Positions 16,791 to 25,872 of a stretch of DNA of 51,638 nucleotides are shown here, in pieces; position 1 is the stretch's first letter; each line of letters starts with the position of its first letter. The notes under the pieces were generated by a model that did not search any database, was not told the DNA's origin, and saw only the letters and a list, made by a program, of their open reading frames with translations. The stretch is taken from assembly GCA_037441965.1 (NCBI GenBank), contig JBBIRD010000006.1, forward strand, positions 1 through 51,638, written 5' to 3'. This DNA is from Candidatus Moraniibacteriota bacterium. GTDB taxonomy: Bacteria > Patescibacteriota > Minisyncoccia > Moranbacterales > UBA1568. The translations under genes were made by a program, and so were the position numbers.

Positions 16791-18689
16791 TTATTCAGAT
16801 GCATCCGTACGGGAAAAATACCAATCGTATACACTCTGTGTTACAGGAACAGCGTTATATCCTTCTGTTCCTTGTCCTTCTACGAGAACAATCATTGATA
16901 ATGTAGGATTTTCATACGGTGCAAATGAAACAAACCAACCGTGTGTTTTATTCTCACTTCCAAATTGAGCCGTACCAGTCTTGCCGGCTACCTCTACCGA
17001 AAGTGTTTTTAATGGTTGTGCTGTTCCATGAGTTATAGTTTCTCTCATGCCTTCACGAACAACGCGCAAAATATCTGGTTGTATAAAATTGCTTCGCACA
17101 ATTTCAGGACTACGCTTTTCGATAGATCCTTCAGCAGAACGCACCTGAGAGACTATTTGTGGTTTATAAAGCGTTCCTCCATTCGCAATAGTATTGATGG
17201 AATTCAAAATCTGAAGCGGTGTTGCTGTCACAAACCCCTGCCCGATTGACGCATGATAATCATCTCCGATATACCATCGTTCTCCAATTTTTTCCTTTTT
17301 CCAATCTGGACTCGGAAGAAAACCATTTGCTTCACCCCCGATATCAATCCCTGTGCTTTGACCATATCCGAAAAGATTTTCATATTCTTTCATACGATCC
17401 ATACCGAGTCCAATGATATTCCCATATCCGCCACCAATCGAATAAAAGAAAATGTCATTGCTTTCTGCAATAGCCTGACGAACAGCACTCACACTATGCA
17501 CTGTCCAGTCACGAAAACCAAAACGACCAATCTGTAATATGCCTCCCAATCCATTCACAACCGTTGTTGGAGTAATAATTTTTTCCGCTAACGCAGCAAC
17601 AGCAATGACTGGTTTTATCGTTGATCCTGGAGGATATTCACCTGAAATCGTTCTATTAAAAAGAGGAAGTGAAGTATCATCTATTAATTGTTTATAATTC
17701 TCACGAGAGATGCCTCCGGCAAACAAATTATTATCATAACTTGGAAGACTAACCATAGCACGAACAGCGCCATTTCTTGGATCCATTACTATCGCTGATG
17801 CTTGTTTGAGATTTTTTTTCTCAAGCAACGACTGGAGCTCATCAAAAACTTTTTTCTGCAATCCAGAATCTATATTTAATATAAGATCATTCCCAGGTAC
17901 AGGTGCTACCATACCAAGTTCCTTTTTAACACGACCGAGAGCATCTACTTCAGCTCGTGTAAATCCGTTTTTCCCTCTGAGTGATTGATCATAACTCTTT
18001 TCTATGCCCTGCTTTCCAATAGAATCTGTGAGAAGATAATCCGGATGCATCAGTAATTCTTCTTTACGAATTTTTCCTTCGTAACCAAGAATATGCGAAA
18101 AAATGACGCTATCGATATAACGACGCTTCGTTGTTTTATACAAACTCACTCCTTGCAAATCTTTGCTGTGACTCAAAAAAATAATTATTTCTTCTTGACT
18201 AACCTTTTCTTTCACAATGATTGGCTCAATCGAACGAGGAGCAAGTGAATCAAAAATATTTTGCACTTCTTTCTCATCTAAAGAGAATAGAGAAATAAGC
18301 ATCAATTGTAAGGCATTCCGCTTTTCCTTCTCTTTAGGAATATCAATAGGCACTACAACGATATCGACGCTTGGTTCATTGACAACCAACGGTTCTCCAA
18401 AACGATCATAAAAAATGCCTCTCGGAGCAGGAATAGTGATTTCACGCAGACTATTTTGTTCTGCCCTCAATTGATATTCCCCTCCTTTTATAATATTCAA
18501 ATAGCCAATTCGTACTAATATACTCAACAGGAAAAACAACGCAAAAAAGAACAGCAATGGAAGAAAAAAACGGTTCAATGGCCACTCCATCTTCATAGCA
18601 TCTGCTTCGGTAATAGTGAGTACAGCATCATCGATTTCTATACCGCGTTTTTTCGCTACCGTATTTAATTTTCTTTGAGAGAAAAACAT
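16791..18689 (-). CDS. mrdA: Penicillin-binding protein 2 (class B)
   Basis: RGIFYDR, PGSTIKP (SxxK), IGQG, KTGTAQ; follows mreBCD. Confidence 0.95.
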   Translation of the reverse strand: MFFSQRKLNTVAKKRGIEIDDAVLTITEADAMKMEWPLNRFFLPLLFFFALFFLLSILVRIGYLNIIKGGEYQLRAEQNSLREITIPAPRGIFYDRFGEPLVVNEPSVDIVVVPIDIPKEKEKRNALQLMLISLFSLDEKEVQNIFDSLAPRSIEPIIVKEKVSQEEIIIFLSHSKDLQGVSLYKTTKRRYIDSVIFSHILGYEGKIRKEELLMHPDYLLTDSIGKQGIEKSYDQSLRGKNGFTRAEVDALGRVKKELGMVAPVPGNDLILNIDSGLQKKVFDELQSLLEKKNLKQASAIVMDPRNGAVRAMVSLPSYDNNLFAGGISRENYKQLIDDTSLPLFNRTISGEYPPGSTIKPVIAVAALAEKIITPTTVVNGLGGILQIGRFGFRDWTVHSVSAVRQAIAESNDIFFYSIGGGYGNIIGLGMDRMKEYENLFGYGQSTGIDIGGEANGFLPSPDWKKEKIGERWYIGDDYHASIGQGFVTATPLQILNSINTIANGGTLYKPQIVSQVRSAEGSIEKRSPEIVRSNFIQPDILRVVREGMRETITHGTAQPLKTLSVEVAGKTGTAQFGSENKTHGWFVSFAPYENPTLSMIVLVEGQGTEGYNAVPVTQSVYDWYFSRTDASE

Positions 18690-18698
18690 ACAAAACTT

Positions 18699-19241
18699 TT
18701 AACGAATATTTTTTGAAACAGTATCTTCGATCAATTGAATATATCGAGTAAACGAACGCACGACATAGAGAAGTAAAATAAAAAGAGGGATACAAAGAAG
18801 AAAAGTCAACAAGAAATGTTGTGATGAGAGAAAAAGAGAAAAGGCGAGATTTTTATCTTCTCGTGCAAAAAATTCTGCAAAGAAAAAAAATGAAAACAAT
18901 GAAAAACCAATCGATCCTATAAAAGCAATTACAATGTAGAAAAGAGAAAAACTTATATGATTATCAACGAAGAAACGTTTTGTAAAAGATCCTACAATAT
19001 ATACCAAAAGAATAGAATATAGTGTCATAATTCCCGGAGAAGCAGTAATAATGTCAAACAATAGCGACAAAGGAATCGTACGATAAAAAACTTGCGGAAA
19101 AGGTACTAGTAAAGAAAAATGTATAAGGGAAATAAGAATGATAAGTGGAAGAGTAGGAGATGGTGTAAGAATATCCAAAAAAGAAATTTGGAAAATGATT
19201 AATCCGAGGAAAAAAAGAAGATAAAAAATCAGGATTTTCAT
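18699..19241 (-). CDS. mreD: Rod shape-determining protein MreD (divergent)
   Basis: 180-aa polytopic membrane protein between mreC and mrdA. Confidence 0.65.
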   Translation of the reverse strand: MKILIFYLLFFLGLIIFQISFLDILTPSPTLPLIILISLIHFSLLVPFPQVFYRTIPLSLLFDIITASPGIMTLYSILLVYIVGSFTKRFFVDNHISFSLFYIVIAFIGSIGFSLFSFFFFAEFFAREDKNLAFSLFLSSQHFLLTFLLCIPLFILLLYVVRSFTRYIQLIEDTVSKNIR

Positions 19242-19243
19242 AA

Positions 19244-20062
19244 TTATAAAACATCTTGAATCACGAAAATATAATGAATATCATCAAAGCGTATAGGAGA
19301 AAGAATGGAAGCTTGTTGAAAAAGTTTATCTGAAGAAAGATGGGGTGATTGAAGTGTTCCAACTAACAATCCTGATGGTACATCACCACCCAAACCAGAC
19401 GTTACAACAGTACTTCCTGCTTTCAGCACATCTGTCTGAGGCACCATATCAAACAAAAGACCTAATCCATATTCTCCTTTAATAATCCCTTTTGCATCAG
19501 TATCAAGAGTGATACCACTCATCAAACTTTCTCTATTTGAAAGAAGCATAATACGCGAACTCTGTGGAAATACTTCGACAATTTTCCCAACAAAAATACC
19601 TGATCCAACAATAGCAGGCATACCGTTTCTTATACCATCAGTTGATCCTTTATCAATAAGAAGGAACCCTCCTGAACCAGAAGCATCATATCCAATAATC
19701 ATCGACGCCTTCAGAGAGAAGCGACTACGAGGAAGAAGTCCAATTTCTTTCCTGAGATCATCATTATCTTTCATTACAGACAAATATCTTGCGTTTTCTG
19801 CCAGAAGATCTAATCGCTCTTTTTGAAGACGCTCATTCTCAGATTTCAACTCACTGATAGAAGAAAAAAATTGATAAACATTTTGTATCTCAAAAGTAAA
19901 AGAAGCAACAACTCTCTGAACTGGAGTGATAATGGTAACAAACATTATACGAATCGGTCTGACAACTGATGACGGAACAAAAAAAATAATTCCAAACATC
20001 ACACAAAAAAGGATGATGATGAAAAAAAATCTTGTTTTAAGAAATCCTTTATGTGCTGACAT
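19244..20062 (-). CDS. mreC: Rod shape-determining protein MreC
   Basis: TM helix plus coiled coil, IDKGSTDGI, VVTSGLGG. Confidence 0.93.
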   Translation of the reverse strand: MSAHKGFLKTRFFFIIILFCVMFGIIFFVPSSVVRPIRIMFVTIITPVQRVVASFTFEIQNVYQFFSSISELKSENERLQKERLDLLAENARYLSVMKDNDDLRKEIGLLPRSRFSLKASMIIGYDASGSGGFLLIDKGSTDGIRNGMPAIVGSGIFVGKIVEVFPQSSRIMLLSNRESLMSGITLDTDAKGIIKGEYGLGLLFDMVPQTDVLKAGSTVVTSGLGGDVPSGLLVGTLQSPHLSSDKLFQQASILSPIRFDDIHYIFVIQDVL

Positions 20063-20083
20063 AACAAAAAAATATCATCTTTA

Positions 20084-21178
20084 TTATCCAAGTGGCCGAT
20101 ATTCATTCTCTTCGATAAGAACATCCTTCAAATGATCCATATCATCAAGTACAATACCCGTTCCTCTCACGACCGCTGTCAGAGGGTCTTCCATAAGACA
20201 GACTGGGATACCTGTCTGATTGGCAATAAGTTTATCAAATCCTCGAATAAGACTCCCTCCACCAGCAAGAATGATTCCACGGTGCATAATATCAGAAAGT
20301 AATTCTGGTGGTGTTTCTTCAACGATAGTTTTGATATTATTTACAATAACACGAGTCGATCGTGAAAGCGCTTCGCGGATATGTTCATCAGTCGCTATTA
20401 TTTCTTTTGGTAATCCAGAAACAAGATCTCGACCACGCAAAGGAAAAGTAAGGCGCTCTCTTTGAGGATAGGCACTTCCGATAGCAATTTTTACTTCTTC
20501 AGCTGTTTTCTCACCAACAAGAATATTAAATTCGTCACGTGCATATCGGACGATATCTTCGTTCATCTCATCACCAGCAATGCGAAGACTTCGTGAAAGA
20601 ACTACTCCACCAAGAGAAATAACAGCGATCTCAGTTGTCCCGCCACCGATATCAACAACCATATTTCCCGTCGCATCAATAACCGGAAGACGCGCTCCTA
20701 TTGCAGCGGCCATAGGTTCATCAATAAGAAACACCTGGCGTGCACCAGCATTTAATGCTGCTTCAGTCACAGCACGTTTCTCCACTTCTGTTACACCAGA
20801 AGGAATACCAATAAGCACTCTTGGTCTTCGTAAAAAAGTAAAACTATCTTTCGTTACTTTATTAATAAAATATCGAAGCATTTGCTCTGTTACCTCAAAA
20901 TCACTCACTACTCCATCAACAAGTGGGCGAGTAGCTACAATATGTCCAGGGGTTTTCCCTACCATTTTTTTCGCTTCTTTTCCAATTGCCAATATCTGAC
21001 CGGTACGCTGATTTACTGCTACTACCGAGGGTTCATTGATCACGATACCTTTTCCTTTGACATACACAAGAACATTTGCTGTCCCTAGATCGATACCGAT
21101 ATCTTGTGTTAAATGGTCAAAAAATCGATCAATAATGGTTTTCTGGAATCTCTGAAAAATATGATCAAAAAAAGGCAT
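20084..21178 (-). CDS. mreB: Actin-like MreB
   Basis: IGIDLGTAN, EPMAAAIGA, VDIGGGTTE, LAGGG. Confidence 0.97.
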   Translation of the reverse strand: MPFFDHIFQRFQKTIIDRFFDHLTQDIGIDLGTANVLVYVKGKGIVINEPSVVAVNQRTGQILAIGKEAKKMVGKTPGHIVATRPLVDGVVSDFEVTEQMLRYFINKVTKDSFTFLRRPRVLIGIPSGVTEVEKRAVTEAALNAGARQVFLIDEPMAAAIGARLPVIDATGNMVVDIGGGTTEIAVISLGGVVLSRSLRIAGDEMNEDIVRYARDEFNILVGEKTAEEVKIAIGSAYPQRERLTFPLRGRDLVSGLPKEIIATDEHIREALSRSTRVIVNNIKTIVEETPPELLSDIMHRGIILAGGGSLIRGFDKLIANQTGIPVCLMEDPLTAVVRGTGIVLDDMDHLKDVLIEENEYRPLG

Positions 21179-21268
21179 ATAGAAGGATAAAAAATAAGAT
21201 ATCTTCTATTCTAACCCATTTCTTCAAAATACTCCAGAGAGGTTTTTTCTACAATAAAAAAGATGCTT

Positions 21269-22540
21269 CTATAAAGATTGGCGCACTTTTGCAACTGCGG
21301 ATCCTGCCACAAAACCAGTCGTCCAACATAACTGAAGACTATATCCCCCTGATGGACGATCAATATTCAAAGTATCGCCAATAAGATACAGATTCGGATA
21401 CAAGCGAGAACACATTGTCTTAAAGTCTACTTCTCTCAAATCAACACCTCCGCTTGTTACAATAGCTTTATCTGAACCTAAGAGTTCTGTTACGGTCATC
21501 TGCATATCTTTTACCACACGACCGATCTTTATTCTTTCTTCACGACTTATATTATGCACTTCTTTTTCTTTATCGATATGAGCATTTTCTAAAAGTGCAG
21601 ATACGAAAACTGAAGGAATGAATTCAGATAAGACATTTTTTATTTTTTTATTTTTATTATTTTCAAAAATAGATTGTAATAATTCATCAATATTTTTATA
21701 ATCCATATCTGACAAAAGGTCCAAAGAAAGAATTACCTGACCATACGAAAGAAACTCGCCAAGTAATTTACTCATATTCAAAATAAGTGGACCGCTCAAT
21801 CCAAAATGAGTAAAGAGTATTTTTCCAGTTTTTGAAGGTGATATCTTTCGTCTTCTTCCCATTTCATCAATGTGAAAAAAAGAAAGTTTTGCATCAGATA
21901 CACTCACGCCTGAAAGTTTATGCGTCCATTCCTCACGCGTTACGATAGGCACAAGTACCGCCTGTGGATTGATAATTGTATGACCAAGATCTTTCAACCA
22001 CAGAAATCCATCCCCTGTTGAACCTGTTTCTGGATGAGATTTTCCACCAGTAGCAATGATATATGAATGAGCTCTTATTTTTTCATTATTCTCAAGGATT
22101 ATGCCTTCTATATGATGAGATGAAGCAATGATATTTTTCACACTACTTTGAGTACGAATCATTACTTTCTCCTTCATCATATATTGTTTTAACACCGTGA
22201 AAACAGATTCTGCATTATCTGTACAAGGAAAGACTCTTTTTTCCGCTTCAACTTTTGTCGGCATATTATGTCGATGAAAGAAGTCAAGTGTATCTTGAAC
22301 CCCAAATTGTGCAAAAGAAGAATAAAGAAACTTCGCGTCCGTCTTAAAGTGAGACAAAAAAAGATGTACATCAAACTCAGCATTGGTTACATTACATCGT
22401 CCACCTCCTGTGATACGAAGCTTTTCACCCAACGATTTATTCTTTTCCAAAAGTAAAACGCGTGCACCACATTCAGCAGCTCTTCCTGCTGCCATCATAC
22501 CGGCCGGTCCACCACCAATGACAATCACATCGTATTCCAT
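21269..22540 (-). CDS. HI0933/BaiN (YhiN-like) family flavoprotein
   Basis: GGGPAG, KLRITGGGRCNVTN, ATGGKSHP.TGSTGDG, LFTHFGLSGP, GGYSLQ. Confidence 0.92.
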   Translation of the reverse strand: MEYDVIVIGGGPAGMMAAGRAAECGARVLLLEKNKSLGEKLRITGGGRCNVTNAEFDVHLFLSHFKTDAKFLYSSFAQFGVQDTLDFFHRHNMPTKVEAEKRVFPCTDNAESVFTVLKQYMMKEKVMIRTQSSVKNIIASSHHIEGIILENNEKIRAHSYIIATGGKSHPETGSTGDGFLWLKDLGHTIINPQAVLVPIVTREEWTHKLSGVSVSDAKLSFFHIDEMGRRRKISPSKTGKILFTHFGLSGPLILNMSKLLGEFLSYGQVILSLDLLSDMDYKNIDELLQSIFENNKNKKIKNVLSEFIPSVFVSALLENAHIDKEKEVHNISREERIKIGRVVKDMQMTVTELLGSDKAIVTSGGVDLREVDFKTMCSRLYPNLYLIGDTLNIDRPSGGYSLQLCWTTGFVAGSAVAKVRQSL

Positions 22541-22640
22541 ATATCAATATTGTTCACTTTTTAGTTTTTCATATTCTCACACGCATACTAGCAAGTCAAG
22601 AAAGAAAAGTGTATACTAAACTCATAAGTAAAAATTTTCT

Positions 22641-23447
22641 ATGCACAAACCATCTCATATTAATGATTATATTGTTGCGTTGTTTGTATCCACTTTGCTT
22701 ACATTGTTTCTTGGATCATATCTCTATATTCGTCGAGGATTGATGTTTGATGTATCACCTGGTGCTGATGTGATGTATATTCCGAATAAAGTCATTGCTA
22801 ATGTTGGTATGATGATCATTGCTCTTTCCTTTCTTTTTGGTCCTATTGTTCGTTACTTCAATCGCTTTGATACTTGGCTTGGCTATCGGAAAGAAATAGG
22901 TATTGTCGGAGCATTTCTTATTCTGTTTCATGGCATCGTTTCCTACTTTTTTCTTCCAAAACAATATCCTCAAGAATACATTGATTTTCTATCCATCGAA
23001 TTCTTTGCAGGCCTCCTCGGAGCATTCATCCTCTTCTTTCTTTTCATAATCTCTTTCAAAAAAGCTATTACTCTGCTTGGTGCAAGTCGTTGGTGGTTCC
23101 TGCAACGCTTCGGTCTTCGTATAGTCGTAATACTCACCCTCCTACACGTCATCTTTATCAAATGGAGTAGTTGGGTCAAATGGTTTTTTCAAGATATTCC
23201 AATAATTGCTGAGACAACTGCACGAAACTGGTTGCCAGGATTAAACCTCCTCACAACCTTATTTATCGTCTGGGTTGTTCTGATACGAATCTACGAATCA
23301 GTATTCCTTTTTCGAGATTTTGGCTGGAAAACCAAAGAGATTACTCCTGACCCTCTGTTATGTGCTCGTGGTCGTCGTTTCTTTCTTCGAAGTCTATGGG
23401 TACTCCTTTTCTTCTATGCATTTATCTTCACACGATTCACTTTTTGA
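22641..23447 (+). CDS. Ferric reductase-like transmembrane protein (MsrQ/YedZ-like)
   Basis: About 6-7 TM helices; RKEIGI..LFH, LG..RWWFLQR, LLH motifs. Confidence 0.65.
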   Translation: MHKPSHINDYIVALFVSTLLTLFLGSYLYIRRGLMFDVSPGADVMYIPNKVIANVGMMIIALSFLFGPIVRYFNRFDTWLGYRKEIGIVGAFLILFHGIVSYFFLPKQYPQEYIDFLSIEFFAGLLGAFILFFLFIISFKKAITLLGASRWWFLQRFGLRIVVILTLLHVIFIKWSSWVKWFFQDIPIIAETTARNWLPGLNLLTTLFIVWVVLIRIYESVFLFRDFGWKTKEITPDPLLCARGRRFFLRSLWVLLFFYAFIFTRFTF

Positions 23448-23502
23448 AAGATACAACAAAAATCTCCTCACGATGTGATAGGAATTTTTAGAAGATTCTC
23501 TT

Positions 23503-24126
23503 TTATGCTTTGCGCTTTTCTTTGATATACGCGGTAATAGCCGGAAGAAAAGAAAGGATAATAATAATGAAAATGATAGGCAAAAGATATTTGTCTACAT
23601 CAATCACATTACCAAGAAAATAACCAAGGAGTGTAAGAAGTACCGTCCAGACAAATGCACCAATCACATTATAGAAAAAGAAAGTCGTATATTTCATATT
23701 GGCAATACCAGCGACAATAGGAGCAAAAGTCCTTACAATCGGCATAAAACGAGCAAGAAAAATCGTCTTCGATCCATATTTTTCATAAAAATGTTGTGCT
23801 TTGAGTATATGTGCTTTCTTAAAAATAAAAGAATCCTCTCTATGAAATAATTTTGGTCCAATGCGTCGACCAAATTCATATCCAAGCATATTGCCGAGTA
23901 CTGCAAAAATGAAAAGACCAGAAATAAGTAATGGCAATGAGAAAAATCCTCCAGATGAAAGAAATCCAGCAACAAATAATAAACTATCTCCAGGAAGAAA
24001 AAATCCTAAAAATAATCCTGTTTCTGCGAACACGATACCAAAAAGACCAACATATCCAATAGCTTTGATCATACCAATCAAATCACCTCTAAAAATACCA
24101 TCAATAAGAGTCTGTAAAAAATCCAT
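23503..24126 (-). CDS. dedA: DedA family membrane protein
   Basis: FAETG..FLPGDSLLF, ARFMPIVRTFAP.AG. Confidence 0.93.
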   Translation of the reverse strand: MDFLQTLIDGIFRGDLIGMIKAIGYVGLFGIVFAETGLFLGFFLPGDSLLFVAGFLSSGGFFSLPLLISGLFIFAVLGNMLGYEFGRRIGPKLFHREDSFIFKKAHILKAQHFYEKYGSKTIFLARFMPIVRTFAPIVAGIANMKYTTFFFYNVIGAFVWTVLLTLLGYFLGNVIDVDKYLLPIIFIIIILSFLPAITAYIKEKRKA

Positions 24127-24179
24127 AAGATATTCTTTATCATTTATATTCTTTATTGTACCTGAAAAAAGGAAAAGAA

Positions 24180-24208
24180 AAAACCCCGAACAAGTGCCCG
24201 GGGTTTTT
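24180..24208 (-). terminator. Terminator after rplL
   Basis: aaaaccccg...cggggtttt hairpin. Confidence 0.75.
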
Positions 24209-24227
24209 ATTGAGAACAAATCGTTCC

Positions 24228-24632
24228 TTATTTCAATACAACAGTTGCACCAGCTTCTTCAAGTTTCTTCTTCATTGTTTCAGCATCAGCTTTCGCAACT
24301 TTTTCCTTGATAACTTTTGGAGCAGCATCTACTAAGTCTTTTGCTTCTTTCAGTCCAAGACCAGTGATTTCACGAACAGCCTTAATAACATTAATTTTCT
24401 GAGCACCAGCAGCAGTAAGCTCAACATCAAAATCACTCTTCTCTTCTACAGCAGCAGCTTCAGCTACTGGAGCAGATCCCATCATTACAGGAGCAGCAGC
24501 AGATACACCAAATTTATCCTCGAGCACTTTCACAAGTTCGGAAAGATCGAGAACGCTCATCTTTTCAATTTCTGCAACGAGTTTTTCAAACTTCGCTGGA
24601 ATAACTACGGCTTCTTTCTTTTCTTCTGTCAT
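24228..24632 (-). CDS. rplL: 50S ribosomal protein L7/L12
   Basis: [28 protein letters not shown]. Confidence 0.98.
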   Translation of the reverse strand: MTEEKKEAVVIPAKFEKLVAEIEKMSVLDLSELVKVLEDKFGVSAAAPVMMGSAPVAEAAAVEEKSDFDVELTAAGAQKINVIKAVREITGLGLKEAKDLVDAAPKVIKEKVAKADAETMKKKLEEAGATVVLK

Positions 24633-24682
24633 ATAATTATAATTATGTGTTACTTATTTTAATAAATATATAAATAAACTGT

Positions 24683-25204
24683 TTATGCTTTTTTCTCTTC
24701 AATGGCTTTCAATACTCTTACAAATCCACTTATATTTCCAGACAACACTCGAACAAAACTGGTAATAGGAGCTTGCAATGTTCCAACGAGTTGTGCGCGA
24801 AGCTCATCTTGACTCGGCAATTTTGCAAGAGCTTTCACTTCTTCGATAGATAATTCCTTTACTCCAAGAGAACCACCTTCAATCATAAAAGGAATTTCTT
24901 TATTCTTCTGAGCAAAATTCGCAAGGACTTTAGCAGCAGTCACTTCATCTTGAGAAAATGCCACGCCGATTTGTCCATCAAGTTTTCGAACATCTACGGC
25001 AATACCTGCATCTTTAAGAGCGATATTTAATAATGTTTTCTTCAACACTTGCCAACCAGAACCATTTTTCATCAAATCTTTTCGAACCTGTGAGATACTT
25101 TTCACTGATACTCCTTTAAAATTCGCAAAGACCAATGCTTTTGAAGCTTTGATTTTTTGAGTCACTGCATCTACTAATTGTTCTTTTTGTGCTTTCGTTT
25201 GCAT
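24683..25204 (-). CDS. rplJ: 50S ribosomal protein L10
   Basis: KKTLL, LAKLPS.DEL; upstream of rplL. Confidence 0.95.
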   Translation of the reverse strand: MQTKAQKEQLVDAVTQKIKASKALVFANFKGVSVKSISQVRKDLMKNGSGWQVLKKTLLNIALKDAGIAVDVRKLDGQIGVAFSQDEVTAAKVLANFAQKNKEIPFMIEGGSLGVKELSIEEVKALAKLPSQDELRAQLVGTLQAPITSFVRVLSGNISGFVRVLKAIEEKKA

Positions 25205-25220
25205 ACAATTTTTATAATAA

Positions 25221-25332
25221 AAATCTACGGCTTATAACCGTAGAGTGAAAAATATCTTTTCTTCATTGGTATATCGTACAAAAATACCAACAATATTCCT
25301 CGTGAGGACTTACTATGCCTCATATCTACGGA
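25221..25332 (-). promoter_or_regulatory. L10 leader (autoregulatory RNA with terminator)
   Basis: CCGUAGA-UAUGAGG...UAA..CCUCACGAGG resembles the L10-leader consensus. The downstream hairpin CUACGG-uuauaag-CCGUAG plus U-run can alternatively pair with the 5' CCGUAGA. Promoter TTGACA-17-TATCAT at 25350-25378. Confidence 0.75.
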
Positions 25333-25385
25333 TATGAAATTGTACTCCTATGATACAGAAAAAAAATATTTCTGTCAATACTACA

Positions 25386-25751
25386 CTATGCTTTTTTTGC
25401 TTCCGTTGCTTCAGTGTGATTTTCTTCATTAGTCACAGGAGTTTCCACAACTGGTGTTTCTTCTACGGGAGTTTCCTTCGCTACTGGACGAGGCATTTTT
25501 TTCACAATCTTTTTTCCTTCGATAACACCTTCACGAACAAGTGTATTGTGTACTGCAGGAGAAACTTGTGCTCCTTGTCCTATCCAATATAAAATCCTCT
25601 CTTTTTTCAAAATAGTTGTTTTTTTATGTGGATCATAACTTCCAAGAAGCTCAATATGACGCTTTCCTGGAGCCACTGTATGTTCCTGAAGAACAACACG
25701 AAAATGAGCCTGATTTCTTTTTCCTGTGCGATTGAAACGTATTGCTAACAT
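25386..25751 (-). CDS. rpsP: 30S ribosomal protein S16
   Basis: MLAIRFNRTGK, ELLGSYDP, W..QGAQ.S. Confidence 0.96.
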   Translation of the reverse strand: MLAIRFNRTGKRNQAHFRVVLQEHTVAPGKRHIELLGSYDPHKKTTILKKERILYWIGQGAQVSPAVHNTLVREGVIEGKKIVKKMPRPVAKETPVEETPVVETPVTNEENHTEATEAKKA

Positions 25752-25872
25752 AACAGATATACAAAATTAAAATAAAATACTTATTATTCGAGGTAAGAAA
25801 AAATATCTCACACGAAAGAGTACAAGCTCTACTGTACCGTATCTTTCAAACCTTGTCAATAAAGAGGAAAAG

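Noticed and set aside
16366-16968. 200-aa plus-strand ORF, and similar ones such as 50872-51567 and 32124-32639
   Set aside because: Antisense to well-supported genes, with no recognisable motifs.
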